DNA of 63,603 bases, counting the filler, from Welwitschia mirabilis (Eukaryota), in assembly GCA_051453625.1 (NCBI GenBank). It is 7 parts of one record of this genome, joined end to end, with 100 filler letters (N's around TTAATTAATTAA, not from the genome) between each part and the next. Parts side by side here need not be neighbours in the genome. Positions count along the whole stretch, not along the records: positions 34,603 to 42,820 come from JBOZIK010000001.1; positions 42,921 to 49,479 come from JBOZIK010000001.1; positions 49,580 to 57,321 come from JBOZIK010000001.1; 4 more parts are not named here. One strand, given 5' to 3'. The notes beneath the pieces were generated by a model that saw nothing but the letters and a program-made list of their open reading frames with translations, was not told where the DNA came from and ran no database searches. Positions 39,981-52,865 of the stretch are shown piece after piece; positions within the stretch are counted from its first letter, which is position 1; every line of letters starts with the position of its first letter. Both the position numbers and the translations under genes were made by a program.

Positions 39981-42900
39981 CTCCACATCGCCAATATTTT
40001 TTCAATATTTCAATTCTATCCTGCATTTTGGAAAAAGTAAGATCCATTGAAGTTTCCAGGAAAATGAGGACCGTGGAAATGGCAGCAACAGAAGTGCAAT
40101 GACCCTTGTATTAGAGGTATTTGAGCCATTGCAAGAAGCAGCCATCAAAGAACAGAATATTGCAAGACATTTGATAACATGTGTTGTTGGTTGCACTACA
40201 CACATTCTCAGGGACTTATCCATTCATTCTTCAGGGCTTTGCAGTCTCTTGAAATTGGAAGCAAGCAAACAAGGCAATGCCAAAAAAAGAAAAACGCTGG
40301 GAAATAGAGAAGAATTAGTGTTGAATTGTCTGAGCACCAAAGGCGTCGAATCATTTACAGCTTATTTTCATCAGTAAAGAATGCTTCCTTTCAAAGCTTT
40401 CTATTTGCCTGCTCTGTATTTAACTTCAGTGGGTATCATCGGCGATGATAGTTGATGTACAAGATCTAGAAGCTCTACAATTCACTCTGGTGATGCCTTT
40501 GGAAGCATTGCCCAAGGGAAATGCAGATTCGCTCTGGTGGTGTGTTTGGAAGCATTGCCCACAGGGAAATGCAGACTTACCAAACAAGACGGATTGAAGG
40601 AGTAGTTTTCAGTCATCATCTCTGCTAATTGAGCATGCCCATACATGCCAATTGTTGCTTTGTTAATATACGTAATTTTGGAACGATGGTTACTGGTCAT
40701 TGTCTGGGTTTACAGCTGTCCACACTCATTTTAAAGCCATGGCCTAAACATATTTAAGGCCAGTCTTATTTGCAAAACATGTAGTAGTGTGGTGGTTTTT
40801 AACTTATCTCTGAATCCTGATGTCAACCCCTCGTCTCTACTGTGATGCTCTGGCAGCATAGGCAGCAAATCTCTCCTGTTCCAAACTATTTGTTCCCATC
40901 CACCTTCTAATTCCAGTTCCCGAAACCCTAGTTCTAAGGAGACACAGTGCCTGCTCCCAGTCACAGGTTTTGAATAGCAAGCATTGGCCTGCCAAGTTCC
41001 AGAGACATTCCGCTGGTGGGTGACTCAACATGCTTTCTGTTCTCCTCTATACATGCCCAGATCTAAAGCAATATCCAGTTTTTAATTTTGTTTGATCAAT
41101 TTTGTAATTGTTAATAAAGATGATTATTTTATGAGTGGCATTGATTGATAAAGCTTGAAAACAGTGTTACTTTTCAAATTTTGATAATTTATTTCACATG
41201 ATTTCAATGTCACATATTTCAATTCTGCGTGATTGTAGTATAAATCCACAATGTTAGCTTATGAAGGCATATGTTAATCAAAAACACTATTTGATGATCT
41301 CTTGAATGAAAATCTTATTCTTTAAAATGTTCCCTTCAATTCTGTTTGGCTCTAAAACCTCAAAAAAACTGGAATATTATTTCTGCTTTTAATAAGCTTT
41401 GTCTCTTTTAAATTCTGTTAATTAAATCAGTTAATTACACTTCGTTTTGAATTTTTGTCAATGCCCATACATGCTGCCTCTATATCCGAATTGATGATCT
41501 GTTGATTTGAGAATTTCTTGTATGAAATTATACACAATTCATTTCTACCCGGCAATGTATGTTTTGGGAGTGAGTATATGATTATCTATCCATGCTATCA
41601 ATTTGACAAAAGCATTTTTTTATATTTGTAATTGGCAGTGGTATTTTTGTAAGGACACTGTACCTGAAATCGTCATCCTTTCTATTGAAATTCAGATTGT
41701 TATCATCAACATTTTGTCGTCTTTGATTTTAAAGCAAAACTATTAATCATTTTCAGAAAATTCTTGCAGGCTTTGACAGATGGGCATTTTGCCATGAGTG
41801 ACATTGAGAACATTCAAACTTTGAATTTCAAACAAATAATAATGTTTTCATTATGGCATAATTCTTGATCTTTTGTTTTTTAAAATGATCTAAAAGCTTC
41901 ATAATTTACAAGCATTTCATAGCCATAGACTCAAATTAATCTCTATGTGACTTTGGTCTCAAGTTAGCCCTAAAAGTGACACAACTTCAAGCACAATCAT
42001 GTTTGTTTTATAACCATAAAAATAAAATTACATCACCTTTAATTAGAGAACTTCCAAAGCTCTCAATAAGTACTCAAGAAATATTAATTGCATTTACTAG
42101 TAAAGTAACAAAAATCACAACTCAAGAATATACTTGTGTAACTTCACTAATGGCATATAAGACTGTGTTTGTCCACTTGCAAACCTCCTGTACAATAGCT
42201 AAAATGGATCATTTAAACAGCTATTTCTTTGAACACGTTCACATAGTCCCATTTGTGGAAGAATCCAAGTTTCAATGATGTCTAAACCTGCGCATTGGTT
42301 TCAATGCTAAACCAAAATTACGAAATTCTGAAGTTATGCCAATCGGAACGTCCGCCTGATTTTATGGGACGTCCGACCCTATACACGAAAATTCATATGA
42401 CGACGTCCGAGCTTTGTTTCCGGGATGTTCGGGCCTGTATGCAGGAAGCTTGTATGGGGACGTCCGCGTTTGTGATTGGAACGTCCAACCCTATATTCGG
42501 TTGACACTATCGGGACGTCCGGACATGGGAATGGCATGTCCAAGATGGCTCTCATTTTTGGCAAAAGTTTGGCATTACAACCAAGATGTCCGGTCTTAAA
42601 GAATGGGACGTCCGGCTCAGTGAATGTTAAAGCGGAAATATAACTGTTGTCGCCACCAAAGAAACATCTTTTGACATCTAAAAGGCTGGGGTTGTGAGCC
42701 AAACAGTTAGGGCTTCAAATTTGAGGCTCCAACAGCTATTGTGTGACCTTTTATCTATAAAAGAGTGAATCTTCATTGTTGTAAATACCACTCTCCATAA
42801 ATTGTATGTACTAAACTCTGNNNNNNNNNNNNNNNNNNNNNNNNNNNNNNNNNNNNNNNNNNNNTTAATTAATTAANNNNNNNNNNNNNNNNNNNNNNNN

Positions 42901-45900
42901 NNNNNNNNNNNNNNNNNNNNTCAAGAATGAGTGATATCTGTGCATATTGATACCATTAAATCACTATTCTACATTGTAAAAGGTTTAACTGAGCTTTGAA
43001 AAGTCTATTTAAAGGTTGAGACTAAGCCTAAAAATTTTCATTTAAAAGTTGAGACTAAGCCTAAAAAGTCTATTTGTAAAAGTTATAGATAAACTTGAAA
43101 TACCTGGTGGAGTCATAAAAATCTAGGTCGAGCTTGATGATATGCTAATNNNNNNNNNNNNNNNNNNNNNNNNNNNNNNNNNNNNNNNNNNNNNNNNNNN
43201 NNNNNNNNNNNNNNNNNNNNNNNNNNNNNNNNNNNNNNNNNNNNNNNNNCATAAAAATCTAGGTCGAGCTTGATGATATGCTAATCATTAAGAGTGGAAT
43301 AGGGGGTTTTCCAAATCACTATAAATTCTACATGCATCTATTTTGTATTTTGTACTTTTAGTTAATTTATTCTTTACTTCTGTTAGCTTTTCTTTTCATG
43401 TACATTTTAAATTATTAAATTATTTTGTGCAAGTCTTTGATATATCTTTGATTTGTTTAGAATACTCTATTGTAATTTTTAAGAATCTATTCACCCCTCT
43501 CTAGGGTTCTTGATCCTATCAATTGGTATTAAAGTTAAGTTAAGTCTTATTTATATTTTATTTGATCTANNNNNNNNNNNNNNNNNNNNNNNNNNNNNNN
43601 NNNNNNNNNNNNNNNNNNNNNNNNNNNNNNNNNNNNNNNNNNNNNNNNNNNNNNNNNNNNNNNNNNNNNNNNNNNNNNNNNNNNNNNNNNNNNNNNNNNN
43701 NNNNNNNNNNNNNNNNNNNNNNNNNNNNNNNNNNNNNNNNNNNNNNNNNNNNNNNNNNNNNNNNNNNNNNNNNNNNNNNNNNNNNNNNNNNNNNNNNNNN
43801 NNNNNNNNNNNNNNNNNNNNNNNNNNNNCTCTTAATGCCATATTTTGTATAGTTTGTGTAGATGCCAAAAAATCTTGGAACATTCTTGAAGTAGCACACA
43901 ATGGAACCTCAATTATAAAGCAAGCAAAATTTTAAATACTTATTTTAAAATTTGAATACATCTATATAGACAAAGAGGAGACCTTGCAGGAATTTTTTGC
44001 TAGACTCATTGATATTATAAACTCTATGGTAAGCCTTGGAGAACACTTAGATGAAGGAAAGGTGGTGAGAAAAGTTTTGAGATCCCTACCTAAGAGATTT
44101 NNNNNNNNNNNNNNNNNNNNNNNNNNNNNNNNNNNNNNNNNNNNNNNNNNNNNNNNNNNNNNNNNNNNNNNNNNNNNNNNNNNNNNNNNNNNNNNNNNNN
44201 NNNNNNNNNNNNNNNNNNNNNNNNNNNNNNNNNNNNNNNNNNNNNNNNNNNNNNNNNNNNNNNNNNNNNNNNNNNNNNNNNNNNNNNNNNNNNNNNNNNN
44301 NNNNNNNNNNNNNNNNNNNNNNNNNNNNNNNNNNNNNNNNNNNNNNNNNNNNNNNNNNNNNNNNNNNNNNNNNNNNNNNNNNNNNNNNNNNNNNNNNNNN
44401 NNNNNNNNNNNNNNNNNNNNNNNNNNNNNNNNNNNNNNNNNNNNNNNNNNNNNNNNNNNNNNNNNNNNNNNNNNNNNNNNNNNNNNNNNNNNNNNNNNNN
44501 NNNNNNNNNNNNNNNNNNNNNNNNNNNNNNNNNNNNNNNNNNNNNNNNNNNNNNNNNNNNNNNNNNNNNNNNNNNNNNNNNNNNNNNNNNNNNNNNNNNN
44601 NNNNNNNNNNNNNNNNNNNNNNNNNNNNNNNNNNNNNNNNNNNNNNNNNNNNNNNNNNNNNNNNNNNNNNNNNNNNNNNNNNNNNNNNNNNNNNNNNNNN
44701 NNNNNNNNNNNNNNNNNNNNNNNNNNNNNNNNNNNNNNNNNNNNNNNNNNNNNNNNNNNNNNNNNNNNNNNNNNNNNNNNNNNNNNNNNNNNNNNNNNNN
44801 NNNNNNNNNNNNNNNNNNNNNNNNNNNNNNNNNNNNNNNNNNNNNNNNNNNNNNNNNNNNNNNNNNNNNNNNNNNNNNNNNNNNNNNNNNNNNNNNNNNN
44901 NNNNNNNNNNNNNNNNNNNNNNNNNNNNNNNNNNNNNNNNNNNNNNNNNNNNNNNNNNNNNNNNNNNNNNNNNNNNNNNNNNNNNNNNNNNNNNNNNNNN
45001 NNNNNNNNNNNNNNNNNNNNNNNNNNNNNNNNNNNNNNNNNNNNNNNNNNNNNNNNNNNNNNNNNNNNNNNNNNNNNNNNNNNNNNNNNAAATTCATTTT
45101 TAAAGAAGTGTATCGTGTAAGTCTAACAAGACTAAATGGGTAAGAGATAATAATATCAAAAGTTTTTTTAACATAGATAGCTTTCAAAGGATCAAGTACA
45201 AACAATTAGTATCTAGATAGTGGATGCTCAAGGCATATAACTGGAAAAAGATCAAACTCTTAACATCTAAGAAAAATTAATGAGGAAGAAATCATTTTTG
45301 GAAATAATGAAAAGAAAAAGATAGAAGGTATAAGATGTATCAAAGGAGGTAAGTTACCTAAAATTGATGATGTGCTTTATGTGAATGGTTTGAAACATAA
45401 CTTATTAAGCATTAGTCAATTATGTAACAAAGGTCATAAAGTAATTTTTGAAAAATCAAAGTGAGAAGTTGTAGATGTGAAAACAAATGTTGTTATCTTT
45501 ACTACAAAATAAGTACATAATATCTAAAGAATAAACACTTATTTGATTTATCAGTTAAATCATAAGAATTATGACATAGAAAATAAAAACATTAGATTGA
45601 ATTTTGATAAATTTGAATGTTTTTTTTCGAAAACTCTGAAGTAACACCCCATTTCTGGAATTTACTTTTTAATCATAAAAACAAACTAGGGGTTTACTCA
45701 CCATCATCTAACTGATTGTAGGATGGTCAACTGGATTTATGATTTAGTTGATCGAATGTGGTTGGTTGACTAGTCTAAAAGCGTAGTTTCTTGGACTTCT
45801 TTCTGTACTATAGACCTGCATCTCAATAGGTCAACTAGATCTAGAGCAAAAGACCAAAACTAATAGATCACAGTGCAGAAGTACCATTGATGAACTTGAT

Positions 45901-46079
45901 TTCTTTCTTCATTTCACCTTATTTTGCCTTATCTATAAAAGAAAGAGGTCCCTAAATCAATTTTCTTGTGTTCTAGTCTTCTTTATCTCTCAGATATAGA
46001 GCTTTTTCTTTTAGATCCAAATATTTTCTCTTAGATCTAGTATTTTTCTTTTAGATTTCTTACTTTTAGGGTCTTAAAA

Positions 46080-47033
46080 ATGGCTGGAAGCTCATTCAAG
46101 AGGAGAGTTAAAAAAGCTCCTTTAAGAGATCATGCTATTTTCTATTATGAAATGTCTGAGGAAGATGTTGACAAGTTCTTAGAGAAGTTTGAGAAGAAGC
46201 TAGTATGTCAAGAATTATCTTTGATAACCTCAAAACTTAAAGAGCTCAAGGATGTCATTTAGCTCTTGACAAATCAGGATCTTGATTATTTTCTAGATGT
46301 TTTTGGCTCTACTTGTCCATTTCTTACTCACATGTTTTATTGTAATGCTTCTTATAATTGTAATCTATAAATCCTTAAAACCCTTGTTTTAGGAAAGTGA
46401 CTAAGAGTAATCACAAATTTCCTTTCTAATCTGACTGATCTTCATAGAGGTGACTATGAAGCGTTTTGGCCTCTTCAAGACATCATGGAAGATAATCCTA
46501 CTATTACTAGGGAGATTTGTGGTAAGGTTCACTCTTGGAAGCATACTCTTTCTGCTTCTTTATTGATACCAAAGTACCACTTTTTTCACTTGATTTTTAC
46601 TTATAATTTCTTACCTTTAGTTGATCATCATGATGAGGCCTCTATTTATGGAGCTTATTTGATGTATTTAATAGGGACAAAGCATTTTATTGATGCTCTT
46701 AAAGAATATGGTCTCTTAATTGGAGTATCATAGGATTAGGGCATTACCCTACTCTATTCTTATCGCAAACTTCTGCTGTCATTTTCATGTAACCTTCTAT
46801 CCAAAACTGGAAATCCTCTAGTTTATAGAACCTATTAGTTATGCAACTTTATCTTATATGCACATATTTATCCCCTCCAAGGAATCCTCAAAGTCATCCT
46901 TTCTAAAGAAAGCCTCTCCTGATAAGACCTTTTCATATCTAATATGGATAGATTCCCATACCAGACACATGAAGAAAGCACTCATAGCACCTAGATATAA
47001 CATTGCTAATACTTCAATAGAGGCCACTAGCTT
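46080..47033 (+). pseudogene. SIRE extra (env-like) ORF, copy 1
   Basis: MAGSSFKRR...MFYCNA...PKYHFFHLIFTYNFLP...AYLMYLIGTKHFID; stops and a frameshift. Confidence 0.7.
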
Positions 47034-47763
47034 NNNNNNNNNNNNNNNNNNNNNNNNNNNNNNNNNNNNNNNNNNNNNNNNNNNNNNNNNNNNNNNNNNN
47101 NNNNNNNNNNNNNNNNNNNNNNNNNNNNNNNNNTGAAAAATAAAAGTGTGAAGTTGTAGATGTGAAAACAAATGTTATTATCTTTACTACAAAATGAGTG
47201 GATAATATCTAAAGAATAAATACTTGTTTGATTTATCAGTTATATCATATGAATTATGAAATAGAAAATAAAAACATTAGCTTGAATTTTGATAAATCTA
47301 AATGTTCTTTTTGAAAACTCTGAAGTAACACCCCATTTCTAGAATTTACTTGTTAATCACAAAAATAAACTAGGGGTTTACTCATCATTGTCTGACTAAT
47401 TATAGGGTGATTAACTAGATTTATGATTCAATTGCCCAAATGTGGTTGGTCAACTAGTTTGAAAGCCTAGTCGCCTAGACTTCTTTCCATACTATAGACC
47501 CGCATCTCAATAGGTCAACTAGATCTCGAGCAAAAGACCAGAACTAATAAATCACAGTGTGGAAGTACCCTTGATGAACTTGATTTCTTTCTTCATTTCA
47601 CCTTATTTTTTCTTGTCTATAAAAGACAGAGGTTCCTAAATCAATTTTCTTGTGTTCTAGTCTTTTCCATCTCTCAAATCTAGATCTTTTTCTTTTAGAT
47701 CCAAAGCTTTTCTCTTAGATCTAGTATTTTTCTTTTAGATTTCTTACTTTCAGGATCTTAAAA

Positions 47764-48741
47764 ATGGCTGAAAGCTCATCCAAGAGGAGATTTAAAAAAG
47801 CTCCTTTAAGAGATCATACTCTTTTCTATTATGGAATGTGTGAGGAAGATGTTGACAAGTTCTTAGATAAGTTTGAGAAGAAGCCAATGTGTCAAGAATT
47901 GTCTATGATAACCTTAGAACTTAGAGAGCTCAAGGATGTCATTTAGCTCCTAAGAAATTATGATCTTGATTATTTTCTAGATGTTTTTGGCTCTGCTTAT
48001 CCATTTCTTACTTACATGTTTTACTATAATGCTTCTTATAATCGTAATCTAGAAACCCTTAAAACCCTTATTTTGGGAAAGCGACTAAGAGTAACCGCAA
48101 ATTTCCTTTCTAATTTGACTGATCTTCACAGAGGTGACTATGAAGAGTTTTAGCCTCTTCAAGACATTTGGAAGATAAGCCTACTATTACTAGAGAGATC
48201 TGTGATAAGGTTCACTCTCGGAAGCACACTCTTTCTTCTTCTTTATTGATACCAAAGTACCACTTTTTTCACTTGATTTTTACTTATAATTTCTTACCTT
48301 TAGTTGAGCATTATGATAAGGCCTCTATCTATAGAGCCTATCTGATGTATTTAGTAGGGACAAAGCATTCTATTAATGCTCTTAAAGAATATGGTCTCTT
48401 AATTGGAGTATCACAGGATTAGGACATTACCCTACTCTGTTCTTATCGCAAACTTCTGTTGTTATTTTCATGTAACCTTCTATCCAAAACTGGAAATCCT
48501 CTAGTATATGAAACCTATTAGTCATGCAACTTTATCTTGTATGCACATCTTTGTCCCCTTCAAGAAATCCTCAAAGTCACCCTCTCCAAAGGAAGCCTCT
48601 TCTGATAAGACTTTTTCATATCTAAGATGGATAGATTCCCATACCAGACACATGAAGGAATCACTCATAGCATCTAGATATAACATTGCTAATACTTTAG
48701 CAGAGGCCACCAGCTTAGCATGCATGGGAGGAAATGAATAA
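47764..48741 (+). pseudogene. SIRE extra (env-like) ORF, copy 2 (tandem duplicate unit of about 1.7 kb)
   Basis: 47134-48720 aligns with 45450-47033; shares the stop and 11-nt deletion of copy 1. Confidence 0.7.
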
Positions 48742-50283
48742 GATTCAAAGGAAAACTCTGGAAAAGAAGAAGAAGAGAAGGAGGAATCTGATTAGAAGCT
48801 TCAAATTATGTTTTGCTTATGTGCTTTTGTTCTCTTCTTTGTCATTAATGTCAAAAGGAGGAAAATTAATTGTTTGTTATTGTATTTTTTTTTATGATTT
48901 TAAATATATCATACTCTTCATGAGTACTCTTATTTTGTAATGTTTGCATATGTTTAATGGAATCTACATGCATTTCACTTTTATGCTATAAATTATTTTT
49001 AATTGGTATTTCAAATCTTTTTATGCTTATGCAAATCATATGTGCTTAACATGTTTTTACATTGGTATCATATGTGCTTAACTTAAAATTTTTAAAGTAT
49101 CAAATAGTTATTTCACAAATTTAAATGTTAATATTTAATATTAAAAATAAATTATAAAATGTGATAACTGATCAAAATGTTAAATGATTTATATGATTCC
49201 ATTGTGCTTTTTATAAAATTTGTACTCTTAACCCTTTAATTGTGCATATTAAATTTATTCTATTTTAAGCACAAAATTTGATTATTTAAAATGTCTTAAC
49301 TTGATTTCAAAAGGTGTAATATTTTTTAATAGGAATTTTGTAAGGGGAAGCTTTTCTAAGTCCTAAATATTTTCACAACAAAGTATTATTTGCCATCAAT
49401 GTTAAAGGAGTAGATTATTAGATTATGTTTTGCTAATTGATATTAAAATAATGTTTTTTGTTTAGGAAATTTTGTGTATNNNNNNNNNNNNNNNNNNNNN
49501 NNNNNNNNNNNNNNNNNNNNNNNTTAATTAATTAANNNNNNNNNNNNNNNNNNNNNNNNNNNNNNNNNNNNNNNNNNNNTATCAATAAGGTTGAATAATT
49601 AGCACATAAAAGTCTCTTCCTTTCCTTCCACTTTCTTATTTAATGACTTTATAACTTATTTGTCTTTCATGCTTGACATATTTGCAAGTGATGTTGTATT
49701 AAAAGATTTGTAGCTTAAAGTAGAGGCACTGAATGCTTTGAGGCTTTCTATTATTGTTAAAAGCTGGCTTTCTGGGTTCTGTGACACTCAAGGTATTTTA
49801 AGAGCATTTTNNNNNNNNNNNNNNNNNNNNNNNNNNNNNNNNNNNNNNNNNNNNNNNNNNNNNNNNNNNNNNNNNNNNNNNNNNNNNNNNNNNNNNNNNN
49901 NNNNNNNNNNNNNNNNNNNNNNNNNNNNNNNNNTTAATTTTAACAAAACTAAGAAGTAGAAATTTAGTATACAATATGAAAGTCATTAGCCATTAATTTT
50001 AACAAAAAGAAGAAGCAGAAAACAAACTTCAGTAATCACAGGTGGTGTAAAGGAAAACGTTCAGATTTTAGTATAGATAATAAAGTGGTTAATTTGCAGG
50101 CTTAATTGCTCTTGTTTCATTAGAACTTATAAAGCATTTATTGTTAACTTGTAAAGGGTTTAGAACATTTAGGGAGTAACAAAGATAAACCCTTATCCAG
50201 TGGCATCAGATCATTTTAATAGATATCCAAAAAGATATAACCTTTAAAGGTGCATTTTAGTTTCATCAATGGATATAAAAAAC

Positions 50284-50318
<35 letters not shown>

Positions 50319-50519
50319 AGGACATACACCCATTACATTATACTAACAATGAAATAACTATACCTCTAAAGTACCATGGATTATAATCTACATTTAGTAA
50401 ATTAGAGGTAGCTCTACAAGCCTTCCATGTTCCATTCTTATTTGAAAGAAAACATAAAAAAGAAAAAAGAAAAAAATTGAAAAAATTAAAGCAAGGACTT
50501 ACTGCAGATTGTATTTGGT

Positions 50520-52865
50520 AAGAAGACATTTGGTGTTCTTGAGGGCCTACTGAGCCTTAACCTCTAGGATATTTAGGTGGAGGCATAGCTCAAGTATCTT
50601 TGTAATATTTCCTTAGATGGATTCTGCCTCTTGACTCTCCTCTTCTAGTCCTCTAAAACCATTTTAATCTTTAGCTCCATCATCCTCTCCATCAATCACA
50701 AACATATCCAACACAAGACTACCTCTCTGTGTCCACTCAATTCCTTTGCCTACTTCAAAATNNNNNNNNNNGACCTAGAAGACTGATTAAATATAATCCT
50801 TCTAATAGCTTTCCATGTCTTACTATTTTTATTAACATTATAGAACTCATCCTACTTTCTAGCTAGCTTCTTTCATTGTTAACATGGATGTAAGACATTA
50901 ATGTCTTAATGATTGTGTTTATTGTCAATCTTTATCAAACTTCTAAGACATTCTAGTTTCCACATAAATACAAATATTTTCATCATAATCTTGCTTTAGA
51001 AGCCTAAAAATAGTCTAAAACAAATGGNNNNNNNNNNNNNNNNNNNNNNNNNNNNNNNNNNNNNNNNNNNNNNNNNNNNNNNNNNNNNNNNNNNNNNNNN
51101 NNNNNNNNNNNNNNNNNNNNNNNNNNNTCACTCAATCCCTTTGCCTACTTCAAAATTGATGTTATCATAGTTATTGAACCTAAAAGAATGATTAAATATA
51201 ATCCTTCTAATAGCTCTCCATGTCTTACTATTTTTCTTAACACTATAGAACTCATCCTACTTTGTAGCTAGCTTTTTTCGTTATTAACATAGATGTAAGA
51301 CATTAATGTCTTGATGATTGTGTTTATTGTCAGCCTTTATCAACCTTCTAAGACATTCTAGATTCCACACAAATGCAAATATTTACATCATCATCTTGCT
51401 TTAGAATCCTAGAAATAGTCAAAAACAAATGGTCTTCCTATTAGATCTGAAATGTATTAGAAGCTTCTAGTCTACTTGCCATCTTCAATGATGTCAATCC
51501 TCTTATAAATAAACCCTTATAAAAATTTAAAGTGCATTTTCATTTCTTGATAAATTAAACCATCAAAAGGAATTAAAGGTTATCTAATTAAGGAACATAG
51601 AATAGAACTATGAAAGAATGTTTCAATAGCTTCTTTTGATATCCATGAACTTAAAAGCAAAAAGGATGAGCATGCAAATAATTATGTAATGGCTTGTTGC
51701 AAAGGCATAGATAAAGAACTGACAAAAGTTGTGATGCTAGATCCATTTGATGAAGTATTTGAAATTAAGATTGTGTATTTATTATTATCATGCTCCAATA
51801 ATTATATGACAATGAAGTAAAAGAAAATTAATAAGAACATAGTCTTAAAGTTAATTACTCCTTATCAGCCTCATGTTATTACCATAGGAGCTTCAAATAT
51901 GCTTTGCAAATATTTGAAGGATGTAATAACTAAGGTAGCACATGTGAAACTTTATAATGATAAATATACTAAATTTACGTCAAAGGAAATATTTTTAACT
52001 TTAATTTAAAATGTGAAATGTGTTACTTTAAATTTTTTTTAAATTTTTATTAGATTATGGTCAAACTTAATTGTATTCTTGGAAAAATAAGGCCATTGAA
52101 AGTTGTATATGTTGATGAGGTTTGCTAAAACTTTATGAGAAATCCTCAATTTCTGAGACCTAGTTGTTTAACCATAAAGGTTTTCATGTCTTAAATAATT
52201 TTTAATACATTTCTTCTTTAAGATTATAGAGTGGTAAGTATATTAATAGAATAAGCTGATAGAGGAACTTCATGAAGAGCTATGACCATTAGAGGTTATC
52301 TAATAGATCCATTAGCAATGTTAGCCACTTTATTTGTATAGAACAAAGAGATCTTATCATGAAAACTAAATCTTGTGGATTCATTTTTTGATGTATACGA
52401 ATGATGTTAAGTTGTTGAACAGGTTATGGTTATTGTTACTAATCAAGTTGGTANNNNNNNNNNNNNNNNNNNNNNNNNNNNNNNNNNNNNNNNNNNNNNN
52501 NNNNNNNNNNNNNNNNNNNNNNNNNNNNNNNNNNNNNNNNNNNNNNNNNNNNNTAGAGGTTATCTAATAGATCCATTAGCAATGGCAACCACTTTGTTTG
52601 TATAGAAAAAAGAAATATTATCATGAAAACTAAATCCCGTGGATTCATTTATTGATGTATAAGAGTGATGTTAAGTTGTTGAACAGGTTATGGTTATTGT
52701 TACTAATCAATTTGATATTAATATTAACTTAGCTATTCAACATTTATGGATTATTGCTGTGTGTATTTATGCAATGTTTCATGCCTTGATCTAAATTTTG
52801 TTAATTACAAATAAGATGCATAAACACAGCATGCTAGTATAGTCAGGAATGATCCGAATGTCATA
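50520..52865. repeat. Long degenerate inverted repeat IR-C, centre about 51723
   Basis: Anchors 51668-74/51789-95, 51631-37/51819-25, 51521-33/52025-37, 51210-22/52271-83, 50525-33/52854-62. Confidence 0.78.

Larger units (their letters stand above)
42254..49479 (+). mobile_element. Non-autonomous SIRE-like copia element (LTR 42254-43521, gag, protease, duplicated extra ORF, no INT/RT/RH seen)
   Basis: LTR with cggacgtccg palindromes and TATA near 42756; PBS TGGTATTAAAG at 43524; gag 43830-44100; protease YLDSGCSRHITG near 45210; purine tracts near 48850, 49341 and 49403; a linker at 42865 splits the LTR. Confidence 0.8.
38190..50270. repeat. Long degenerate inverted repeat IR-B, centre about 40751; right arm 40755-42253 continues at about 49580-50270
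   Basis: Anchors 40740-45/40757-62, 40720-26/40786-92, 40633-50/40851-66, 40389-400/41150-60, 39481-97/41724-40, 39025-33/42191-99, then 38760-72/49598-609, 38607-16/49737-46, 38281-93/50172-86. Confidence 0.85.

Noticed and set aside
40588-40608. miR159-like ggattgaagg
   Set aside because: Only a 10-nt partial match
40002-41031. Short ORFs as host gene exons
   Set aside because: No recognisable domain; they lie within the IR-B arms
39000-42250. Pack-MULE with long TIRs and captured gene fragments
   Set aside because: Pairing continues to a tiny central loop, leaving no cargo; no 9-bp TSD found
50285-50316. A32 run as a retroposon tail
   Set aside because: No upstream SINE or LINE body and no TSD recognised
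50540-52780. Possible plant-mobile-domain (minus) and Ulp1-like (plus) protein remnants
   Set aside because: The motif matches were weak and full of stops; the region is better explained as the two arms of IR-C
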